Shown piece by piece: positions 12,401-24,400 of a stretch of DNA of 64,000 bases. The notes under the pieces were generated by a model. The model made no database searches. It saw only the letters and a list, made by a program, of their open reading frames with translations, and had not been told where the DNA came from. The translations under genes and the position numbers were made by a program. The stretch comes from Acanthaster planci (lineage: Eukaryota), in the NCBI RefSeq assembly GCF_001949145.1, contig NW_019091356.1:1426789-1490788 (forward strand). Direction: 5' to 3'. The stretch's first letter is position 1. Every line of letters begins with the position of its first letter.

Positions 12401-15400
12401 GGGCACAAAACTCAAACTGTCTGGTCTGGCTTCCCAACTCGCAGACTGTGACTCACCGATGTGGTCAGTGGGTCAGGCCAAAATTATATACGAGCAAGGA
12501 CTTGACGCAGTCAAATCATTCCGGCCAGTCTCAAAGAGAAAGCTACCATCATCGGACCACTTCTTGAAAGGACGGTCATTTTACCCCTATGAGTCTTCTG
12601 TGTCTTTGTGAGGGTGGAAATTCCTTGTCCACCTGGAGATGCTTCACGGCCTGTGGTGGAGAATCACCAGAGACTTAGATCTGATCTTCTGAGAGGCTGG
12701 GTTATCAAGGATTTCTGGTGAATCCAGAACCTGTAACTAACAGGTGTACCATTGTTGCACTACTTGTGGAGATGATACTTGGCTACGGCCCTGGGCTTAG
12801 GGTCCACGTTGGAAAAGGAATAGCCCCTAGAGTGGCTATTATGAATACATCTTTGACTTGGCTTATCATATNNNNNNNNNNNNNNNNNNNNNNNNNNNNN
12901 NNNNNNNNNNNNNNNNNNNNNNNNNNNNNNNNNNNNNNNNNNNNNNNNNNNNNNNNNNNNNNNNNNNNNNNNNNNNNNNNNNNNNNNNNNNNNNNNNNNN
13001 NNNNNNNNNNNNNNNNNNNNNNNNNNNNNNNNNNNNNNNNNNNNNNNNNNNNNNNNNNNNNNNNNNNNNNNNNNNNNNNNNNNNNNNNNNNNNNNNNNNN
13101 NNNNGTCCTGTGAGTTGTTAGGCTGCCCCCCAGTCTGGTCAACCACCTTGAGTGATTTCACAAACCCTCTGAGCTTGCCCTCAGCGTAATTAATTACTGG
13201 GAAAGTGGGAAAAAATGCAAGGAAAGAGGCAGAAGAGTTTGAGTTTTAGATTGGGCGCTGAAGGGAGAATGGGTTTTGTAGTCACTGTGGAAGGTGAAAG
13301 GGGTTGAAGTTTTTCGCACTTGACCATCCCGGCCAGCCTGTTGCAGTCATCAGGTAGAGTCCCTCGGTGATTGGCTCTGTCCTTCCTTAATCCCCTGTGA
13401 GTCAACCGTGGTCATCCATATCAATTAACACCTATACGTGTTGCTTCCAGTGTGTCCTGTTATTTAGGGGAGAGGAGAGAAACTTATCACCCCAGGGACC
13501 TGACAGACCGGTGACCAGAGAAGTCAAATCAATGTCTAGTTTTTCTTTTTTCTCTCTCTCTTCAAATCTCTGCCAACTCATCCCTGGAGACATATCACCT
13601 GCAGGGTTTCCAAATTGTCTCTGACACTTATTTTCAGGATTTTAGGGAAGGAGTTGGGGGAAAACGTACCCACCGGGAGAGCTCCGGTTGCATGCTCTGG
13701 GGCGATCTCTGCTCCATTGCCTTTGACAGTTCGAATCGCTCTTGACGCCGAGGGTCGGGCTTTAATTTGGCTCACGCACACACTTCCACAAACAAATTAA
13801 TCCAACCAGTTGGAGCTTAATATTCTCTGCCAATACTTTAATTTCCACTTAAGATTGGCAGTGTGATGTATGAGGGATATAAGCAGTGTTGGATACTGGC
13901 AGGTTTCCAAAAAGTTTGATACCTGTCACGTTTTTCAGGTAGGACTGTGCCAATTATCTGAATATCTGAATATTCAATCGATTGTTGAATATTCAAATAT
14001 TACTTTCCAAATTTGAATATTCAAATGCAAAATTCATGAATAGGAAGGAAGAATTTACTTTTGTTTTAAGTGAGAAAAATTGCACTGTGGAGGCTTGTTT
14101 CAAGCACATTCAAATGAAAATTGACAGAAATCTTACTATTAAAAAGTAAATTATACATTAAAAGATTTTCAAGTAATAGAAATATTCCACAGGGCAAGGT
14201 GTATTTTTCGTCTTGCTGAATCGTGGCTGGAGATACTCCTGGACATGTAGTGGTTATAATGTGCATGGTGTGCATTATTGCAACAGATTTTAGATATGGT
14301 TTGTTCTTCAACAATCTGCCAGTTAGTATGACTGAATATTTGGATATTCAATCAAATTGAGGTAAAATATTCGAATGGTGACTTATTCGAATTGACTTAG
14401 TCCTATTATCAGATAGGAATAAAGTAGAAACTTCCAACATTGAGTATTCATACCCCATGCAAACATATCTTGATACTTTTGTCGTACTGGTTGTAAAGAG
14501 CTGTTAAGTTTGAAGCCAATGGATCATGCCTACAAAGTAGTTTATAAAATCCTGTTTTCAAAGGGAAAAACAGTTGTAATGAAGAATGTGTACAATAAAC
14601 AATGTTTCATTACTCTTTTGAGCAGAGTTTCAACTGTTCATGTTCAAGGAGAGTCACATTAGTCTGAGGATCTCTCCTATCAAATCTTCTCCCTTCAGGA
14701 CAAGTGTTGCAACTACATTCGGGTCCTGTTGCTTCGAGGGGAGCGGGTCTTTGTCTGTGGTACCAATGCCTTCTCACCGGCATGCACATGGAGACAGGTA
14801 CACCATTAACTGCATCATATTTGATATTATTCAGTTCTGTTTGATACAATTTAAGAAAATGCAATGATTTTAATGATTTTTTTATGCTGTGTAGAGCTGT
14901 GAACAACTTCAAATCTTAAGTTTTGTTTTTCAAAAACCCTATGGTTTAATTTATTGAAATTGAAAAAGAAATTGGCCTTGTATTGGAAAATATTTAATTC
15001 TGCCCCTAGAAATGGTGGAGACTTATTTGTCATACAGTTCATAAACTTTATTTTAAAGATTGTGTGTCCATCTTTGACTCTTCCCTGACAGAAATCCAAC
15101 CTAAGTGCGATTGAGGAGAGTGTTACAGGTATTGCCCGCTGCCCCTATGACCCCAGCAGCAACACGACGGCGCTTTTCACACGAGATGGCGACTTGTACA
15201 GTGCCACTGTCATGGACTTTACGGCACGCGACCCCGTCCTGTACCGCACCCTTGGCAACTCGCGGCCATTGCGCACGGCCCAGCTGAACTCCAAGTGGTT
15301 GAATGGTGAGTAGCAATCCTCTATAGATGCTTTTCACGGTAGCCATCTTGTAGGGCAGTTCCACAGGGAAACCTCCTTTATGCTTACCCTGAGGAACAAA

Positions 15401-18400
15401 AGCATACACCTGCAGGATGGCAACCATACAAACATTAGACACAAAGAAAAACTTGACCACTTCCTGCTTGGTTGAATTTGCATGTGCGGGGTGAGTTCCC
15501 GGGGGATTTTCAAGATTTTCCATTTTCAAAATTCTTCAATAATTCACAACTTCATTGACTAGACCTTTACACCCACATGAATGACTGTCTGGTGGCTTCT
15601 CTAATCTGACAGGCAACCTCCATTGACACCCAAGTATTTCAGCCAGGCCTGCTGCCTAGTAAAGAGAGTCCAGATTGTGCAGTGGTGCATAATTTCCTTT
15701 GTTCCCAAAATAGGCCCAGTGCATTGCTGAATGCCAGTGGCATCTTTTCAAATGCGGCCGGACTAGCGTGCAGCGGTACTGCATCGCTCATCGCAGGAGC
15801 ACTGGAGTGCTTTTGGCCCCACTGATAATCTGCTGGCACTGAATGCCTCAAACAGTGGTATACTGTTTCAAAACAATGACGGATTACCTCCGCTAATGCC
15901 AGCTGAAAAATGGCAATTCCCAGCAGCTCGGTCTTTTGTTCCGAATACAGTCTTTTGTTACAAGGCCCAGCTCTTTTGTCCGATTTCATTTACCCCAGCT
16001 GCGCATACAAAGCCAAGGTGCCCGTTCCGGAAACCCTGGGGGCAGGTGGTTAAAAGGCAATGAGTTATAAGAAATACACATGTACGTAAAGCCCTGTCAG
16101 ATGTCTCGCTTTGACCTGTGCTGGGATCCATCCACTGTCCTGGATGATCGAGGTTGCTTCCAGCACGAGTGGAAATGATGCACCCTTCCCCTTGCGAGAC
16201 TTTGTCCCAGTTGCGACAATGCACATTTTCAGTTTCATGTCTGAGTAATTGGGATTTCCTAGTCTGGTTCCCTGCAGGGGATGTTTTGACCACTGTCAAA
16301 AGTGCATTTCTGGATGTACTGCCAATTTAAAATTGAACAGCCATGGTGCAAACAATATTGTAGGCCTACAATTTTGTTCTAGCACCCTTGTTTTGAGAGC
16401 TCATTCTTATTAACCACTTGCCACCAGGGTTTCCGGTACCGGACACGTCTTCTTTCTACACGTGACTGGGGTCTCCGAAATCAGACTAAGGGAACTGGGC
16501 CTTCTAACAAAAGACTGTACTCGTACCAAAAGACCAGGCTGCTGGGCATTAGCAACGTTTTTCACCCTCAATAGTGGAGATAATCCAGCCTTGTTTTCAT
16601 ACAGTGTACCACGGTTTTGGGATTTAGCACAAGCGGATTACCATCAGGGACAAAAGCACTCCACCACTGCAGCGGTGAGCCACACATTACCGCTGCACGC
16701 TAATCTGGCCCCTATTGAAAGAGGTCAGCAGTGCACTGTGCCAGGTTTGTGAACAAAGGAAAATGACGTAACACCGCACAATCTGGGCTTTTTTTACAAG
16801 GTTGCAGGCCTGGCTGAAATACTCCATCATCAATAGATGTTGTCTGTCAGAGTAGAGTAGAAACCACATAGTCCTTTGTGTGGGTGTAAGTGTCCAGTAA
16901 ATGAAGATATGAATTTCTAAAGATTTTTGAAAACAGAAAAAAACAAAGAAAATTATCCCGTCCCAGCATCTTCAACATTCATAAATGCCCTGGTCCAAAG
17001 CGGTTAAGCTTTAATTCTAGGATTTTATGATAAATGCCTCACGGAGGAGAGTCTGGTGCAAAAACACATCCATTTCGGATGACAGAAATGCCGTGTGTGT
17101 GTTTATTTGGGAGGATGGAAAAAAAAGTCAGATATTTTCATTAAAAAAAGCAAGTCAGTTCAAAGCCAATTTGGCTCACTAGGCCGTTGTTTATCTCTGG
17201 TTTCCTTGCCATGAAATGACTGAGAATATTTATATTCCCCTGGATGGGATGCCAGTCCATCACAGGTTGCTTTCCAGCTAATGCTGGTCCCTATTTATTG
17301 TCCTGGATGGAGGGAGGTGGGCAGGGGTGAAGGGGCTTCCCCAGGGCCACAGCATACTGCCAGCAACTGGATTCGAACCTCCAACCCTATGATTGCAGGC
17401 CATAGACCCTAACCGCTTGGCCACATGCCCCCGATATTTTCATTGGCTTTACCAGTAAAAGCTCCGTGACTTTCTAGAGCTTGAGACAAAAAAGGAGGAT
17501 TTGGGAGAAACAGCTTGTCTGTGACTGTGTCCAATTTCTTGGCAAGGCTGGAAGTAGCCCGCTGGTCTGTGGAACCAACCAACCAGCAGCTTTGCACTTT
17601 TCCCATAGATTCACACATTATTTTCAGCTGCTAGCCAAGAGATTTGAATGCAGCCTGTACCCCAATCAACTCCTGAAGTAGTTGGCAGAGTAAGTGTTGC
17701 CTGGTTCAGCTACTTGGCAATGAACTAGTTTCAATGTTTGGTAGTGTTTATTGAGGTTTCCTTCTTCCTTGTGAGTGCATTTCAACATGGATCACCAAGC
17801 AGTGTAAAAAAGCGGCAAGTTTTCTCATGGGCTAAGCTGTTAGGTTTCCTGAGTGCCAACGTAACTCTTATTGAATTGAAGAGACACCTGGTTATTTTGG
17901 CTCTAGGTCAAGTTACCCTTTATGAGGCTTTTATTCAATGAAGAGTAACCTTTGAATTATTTTAAATCCTAATCAAGCCGACTTCCAGATAGATAGAGTG
18001 ATATCCTTAATGGTAACAGTAGAGGGGAGAATGCACATGAGACAACATGTTGTAAATAGGCTAAACACAGAGTTGTAAACGAAGTTATTTAAAAACAGTT
18101 ACCTGTGTTGGCCTGTGTGGTTTCACTTGATGTACCCTCTGTTGATGGTGAATGGAAAGTTGCAGGCTGATTTGGTTACAAACATTCCAATTTAGTGTAT
18201 CACGAAAATGTATTGTTGCCTCCTCCTTTATTTTCACTGGCAGTTAAGTTTGTACCGAAGGTGGGGCAGAACCATTTTAAGATTTGACACCTTACTGGGG
18301 ATTATGCCTGTGCTTATGCGTACTTTCTGTTTGGCAGAATTTGCTTGTCAAACTGATTGCAAAAGTGCCATCAGTGGCTAGAAACTGTCCACCAAAAGGC

Positions 18401-21400
18401 GTGCTTCCAAAACTTGCAGATTTTGAAAACAAGACAACCACAGGGCAACAGTGGGCAGAAGAATTATTTGCTTATGCTGTAGGCCTCACAAAGTGGAAAG
18501 GATTTAATGCCACCCTGTTCTGCCTAAGAAAGGTGTCCATTTTGCCTGCTAAATTTTAGAAGAGTTACGGGCAGCTCACATGAGTCTAGAAGCATGAAAG
18601 TAAAAAGTGAGTTGTCACTCATGTGTAGTCATGGCCCGAGCGACAGCCTGGAAGGTAATGTGCAGTCCTGTGGGAACATGGGGGAGTGGCTTTTTGGGGG
18701 TTTGGTAAGTTTCGATCCTAATCTCTCAGCTAATCTAATCAGAGGGTGTAGTGGTCCGGTGTCCTGACCTACATGTGTGGTTTCGGTAAAAACAGCTCCC
18801 CATGTCCCTGTTTACAGAAAATAGGGGGGGACTCCTTTCCTGAGTGGCTGGGCATCTGACTGTTGACTTTGGTACAGGTGTTCGTGCCTGCAGCCGACAG
18901 GAATCTACCTGTGTCTGGCCTACTTTCCTACTGCCTGAAGGTTACTATGCCTCTACTGCACATGCTTTCAAAAAGTCAGTGGGTTTTGTAATGTAGTTGT
19001 GATGCTTCAGGAATGCCATGTTTTTACAGTGTTTAAGTTTTGTTTTGGTCTCTGATTGGACTTTGCCAATTTGCAAAGAATTTTTCTGCAAACCTTGGTA
19101 GCATTCATCAGGCCTACATGATGTATTTCAGAAGAATCATAGTGAGGCGTTGGTGGTGCTTTTGTAGTTTGTTGTTGACTTTTATTGGCTCGAATCTAGT
19201 ACAGTAGCGATAACCTGTGAACCAGAATTTTGCCTTGGAATGAAAACCCCATCAATTCTTATCTGCTTGAGTTGTCCTAACCACCAGCACGGTGACCATC
19301 ACGGTGACATAACGGATTAACAGATCGGCAGGGCATAACACAGGGAATACCCAGGAAATTTGGCTGTCCACTTGAGCCAGGGGGTTTAGGACGACAAAGT
19401 GCAGGGATTAATCCCTGACTGAGTCATATTGTGACATTCCTGACTTGTTGGACTATTTGAAACCATGGCTTCTTTGGCGGTGGATGGGGTGGGATTGAGG
19501 AGGGGAACAGCAGTTTGGAATGACACTCGGAGGCTATTTGTGCGGTAGATCCCAGTGGCATGCATGTACAAGACAGGCTGAGATTTGCAGTTGATTGCAG
19601 AGTGGAGAAGCTCAAATTTGGCTTACATTGAGAAGGATGAGAGGGCTTAACTTACTTAAACACGTGCCGCTCGCCTGCCGTTCTGTTTGGCATGAATTGA
19701 ACCAAGTCAATATTCAGAGAGACTGTGATTACACTGTTGGGTTCCCTCCAGTAAAATGAATTGAATGTTCTCTTCTGTGCCACCTCGGTCTCAGAACGGA
19801 AGGACTAACCAGATAATTCATCTCCTTAAACTGGGTATGTCGGATGTTTCAAAGCCACCTTGCAGACGAATCACAAACGGTGGGGGTGGGGCTGGCTGGA
19901 ACAGCGGCGAAGGAGACCCAAGGAGACCGCGCACTCGTCTGTGGGTACAGAGTGGAAGGAGAGGGGAAAAACGGTGATAGAAGTGCGACGGGAGGCACGC
20001 AGCCATTTGTATTTTGGGTAATAACAGGAAATTTTCAATTTTCCCTGCCTGCTCTCCCGTGGGTCGACGTGCAGCTCTCGGCCGGTCATAATACAGCAAA
20101 AACAGGACTGAGCTTCAGCGGCACATGAAGCGGCCTCACTCGCTTCCCCACCCCCACATCACTCTATGTTTTTGCTCTACCTGTGGCGGCTTAGACTAAA
20201 AGGATATCCTCCGTGTCCTTAAAGGAAGATCCATTTTCTCCTTGGCATTACCCTTCGTGTTCCTTCTAATTTATGAAAACCGATAACTAAGATTAAAGTT
20301 ATATTTGTTTTCAGTAAAATTATCATTTTCTTCAACACCCGAATGAAGCCATTAATGATTCCTGCATGTTCAACACTGAAAAATAACAAAATTGACTTTT
20401 TCGAAGAAAAAAGTGGAGTCAAAATGCAGAATTATCTCCAAGTTCTTTTCGCATTTTTAAGCCATGAGAATATAATATAGACAACTGCGTGTGTACTTCA
20501 GAATCATCGCTACGAAGCAATGTGCTGCATGCCCAGAAAAGTAAAGGGCATAATTTGGTTAGCCCAAAGTGACCTTTTTTCTCAAACTGTCGAGTGTGTG
20601 TATTGGGGAGACAGAGCTAAATCTGAAGAGGAAAAGAAATAGTGCAATTTCATCCCTGCGTCTTAGTTTAGCGGGGCCGTCCACCTCGCATCCAGTGAAT
20701 CATAGCAGATGGATGCGGCGTCACCTGTTTCAAATGGATCAGTCGTGGAAGAATGTCCTACGCCGATACTGTTTTGCTGGCAGCACACACGTGGCGTTGT
20801 CATAAAACGGCGATTTCTTAATTGGACTGTCATTGGTTAGTTTGGGTTCTTCTTCATCAGTTCGGACATATTGCGTGTGCCGGGGATCGAGGCTATTTTG
20901 GATTGCGAACTGTTTAAATGAAAGAAGAAGGCTCCCCGGAAACGGCAAATCTCAGTGTGGTTTCTAAAAAGCCCAATCTTCAGATTTGCTGATTTGTGTT
21001 TCCACTCTGACCAGGACACGATCATTGCTGAATTGTTCTAAAATTAGATTGAAGGGATTGATACAAGTTGTTCCAACATGAATGCGAGTCGGACGTTTTA
21101 TGGCCTTGTTTTTCTGACAGAATTAATAATGAAAGAAATACTAATTGAGTCAGTATGTCAGCTCTCTGTTTTATGAAACAACTTATCAGGGGAAACTGAC
21201 TAGGTTCTTACAAATGATTACAAAGATTACCAAAACATTTGATTGGAGGGGGACTCGAACCTGCAGCCTCCTGAATACCTTACCAGTGCTCTACCAACTG
21301 AGCTATCCAGCCCTATGTTGGTGACTCTTCCCATTTTCAATATCTTTGGTTCGGGGGCACTCTGTTTCCAATCACCCCTACTCTGAGCAAACTCAATGAA

Positions 21401-24400
21401 CTAGGATGAGGGCATCAAAAGTCCTTTTCTGATTCACTTCCACATCTGATGACAAGATGACTCGACTGTGAATGGAAAGTGCATTATTGCGCCAAACATG
21501 CTCAACTTACTTCAAAACTGGGCCACTTGGCTATTTCCGTAAACTCCAGAACAGGCACATCACCGAGTTTAACTTCAGTGGGCTGTGAGTAAATGAACTA
21601 TTTCCCCAGAAAAGTCTGCAATCACTAGACAGCAATATTCAACCTTTTGTCATCTCTATTGACCTGTCATTAACAAATATTTCTTTCAATCAAAACTCTT
21701 GACGTTAAAGAGATTCTTTTTTTTTCCTCATATACATTTGTTCTTGAAAATTTGAAAATTCACTTGTTTAATGCAGGTTTTCAATTCAAGCATTTATGAG
21801 CATTAATGTTTCCTTGTTTTACAGAGCCTAACTTCATATCTTCGTATGAGATTGGGCCATGGGTGTACTTCTTCTTCCGAGAGAGGGCTGTGGAATTCTC
21901 CAATTGCGGCAGGGTGAGTTCTTCCATTTCTCTCCCCCCCCACTAACTCTCCAACACAGCCCCGTCACCTGCTTGTATCCTCACGCCAATCGAATGTTCC
22001 CTGGCATTTTGACGGAGCCCCTTTCCTTGCACGTGCACACGTGTGGTTGCGACAGCCCTGCGTAAGTGGAAACGGCTGTCTTTAAGTAGTCTTTCCTCCA
22101 GTGCTTCCTAGTGTTATTTCCAGGTAGATACACGGGTATGTGACTGTTGCCCTTGTTGCTGTTTGTTGGCTGTGTGGTGTCATAGACATTTAAGATGCAT
22201 GTGCTGGTTGTGTTATAGTTGTAAGGTCTTTTAAGGGGGGACAGGCTGCCATGTACCCTTATTGTGATGGTTTTCCAAGTTTGCTCTGTAGGTTGTAGTG
22301 TTGTAGTACTTGTACTCATACTCGAGTACCTTTTTCTTTACTCATACTCATGAAAATGTTCTCGTATGTTTACTCTCGAGAAAAAATTAGTTGTACTCGT
22401 ATCGAAGTACCGGTATTTGTACTCATACTCGTGGAAAAGAACTCGACTGTAGCACTGGGTAAAAGTTGAACATTCTGGAAGCATTTAGAATACATTCTTT
22501 GTGAAATTACTGAGCAATAAGTTTCTTTATTTTGAGGCATTGTTTGTCAATGATGTGAGCTCTGTCAGAGTCCAAACTGGAGAATTTGGGGGGGCATACA
22601 GAAGTGGTAAGGTTAGTTGCGAGGTCTGTGCAGCTTTCAGTACGCTGCAGATATTTAGTCGAGGAAATCATTATTGATGGCATAGTAAGATCAAATACTG
22701 TGCAGTTTGTAATTGGAGCAGGTCAGTGTCTGTACGTGGCCCTTGGAGTTGGAGCAGGTAAACCAGTTATGTGGCCAACAAGTAGAACCATTGAATCCTG
22801 TGCAGCAAGTTGTAGTCAATTTCAGTTGCTTAGTCAAACTCTGGGTCAGTTTGAACTCTGAGCACCTAGTGTACTCCATCCATAATAATACTAAGGGTGG
22901 AACATTTAGATGTTTAAATGAAAAAAAGATCCAAATCCGTTTCCTGATTTTCCCAAACATTGAAACGGAACTTTGGCTCTGTTAGAGCTTTGACGTTTTG
23001 ATTGAAGCAATCTGGCATTCATTTCTACCTTAAACGTTGCCTGTAAAACGTAATCTGATTTTCAGAACACTTTACTGCTCAGTCATTATCAAAGGAATAC
23101 CACGAATTCATTACTGGAACTGTGTATCAACTATTTACATTGTATACAATTTGTTGTGTTTAAAGTTTTCAATGACTCAGTGGTAAAGGTGGGATGTTTA
23201 AAAGGTACGGGATAGTTTCCTGAACGTTTTCCAAATTAAACGTAAAATTTCCACCCTTAAATACGTAGTACTTAAATAATGCTTTGCAACCTATGAAAAG
23301 CACTTTCACGAATATAACCTCTGTGTACCTTGACTTGAGATCAGGTTTTGTGCAACAGCTTGAGATCAGTGGTATCCTTTCTCTGTGCTCACAGGGACTC
23401 ATTTAGGCCACTATGGGGGGCAGACAGACAGTCAGTTGTGAAGTTTGATGCCCAAGAAAAACAGCCACCACGGTACTCTTTGGGTTCAAACCCCGATACC
23501 ATCACAAGTCAAACACTGAACCAAGGTACTCGGTACACCATCAACCCATCTACACTGGGACATCATGTCCAGGGGACATCATGTTTGGGAATTGTCATTA
23601 TCTTTAGTGTGATAATCTAACTAGGGATTGAAGGAGTTCATGCTAGGGGGAATGGATGTAAATGTTCCCCCTCCTGGGATTGAGTGTAGGAAGTGGGCAA
23701 ACAAGATGGAACGTGCTGCAAGGAGTCAGTAGGGACACTCTCCACAGAATGCTCCTGGCACGGCACGTGAAGTGCGTGGATTGAGGGGAGAGCAGATTTT
23801 GTTTTCGTTGGTTTCCCTCTCAGTGGGAATGTTACTGGCTTCCTTCTCCTGTCCTGAGGGCAATCGATAGAAATGTGATACCTTGCACCCCTGAGATTCC
23901 CAGCCAAGAAGCATTGGGGGAAGGGAGAGGGGCTCGCTGTAAGGATTATCTGGGGGGGAGGTAAACTTGTTTGTCGGCATGGTGGGAGAATTGATGCCTG
24001 GGCTGCTCAGTAGTCGTAATCGATTTAAGTTGACTGGATCTGTTCCGGGGGGGTCCTCTCTGTCCTCAAAACAGCCCTGAGAAGATATCCTCGGAATCTT
24101 CTTTAAAGAGGTGCTATAGAAACAATAGATCAAATTGAAGAAATGAAAATGGGAAGAAAAAAAAATCACCCCACGGTGACACAACGTTGCAGGGAAGGGA
24201 TAGTTCTTTTTAAGTCCTTCCTTCCAGAAAGTTTCCCTATTAAAATCTCATTTATCATAATTTCCTGCAGCTAGGAAGTAAAAAATTTGTGTTGCTCTAC
24301 CACTCCCCCCCCCGTACCCTTGGATAATTAATAATCAAATGAACTGTCTCTTATGATATCTTTAGGACTTGGAAACTTCCACAAATCATCTCCGATCCCC

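Noticed and set aside
12718..13161. Long ORFs spanning the N run
   Set aside because: They are artefacts of translating through the assembly gap. No exon is missing there, because the 63- and 99-nt exons join seamlessly.
21078..21158. Alternative first exon (ATG AAT GCG...GAG TCA|gtatgt) downstream of the CpG-rich patch
   Set aside because: The donor is phase 0 but the next exon (21825) needs phase 1, and the peptide is not a convincing signal peptide
21241..21312. Functional tRNA gene
   Set aside because: The anticodon stem and T stem do not pair properly and the acceptor stem has a mismatch
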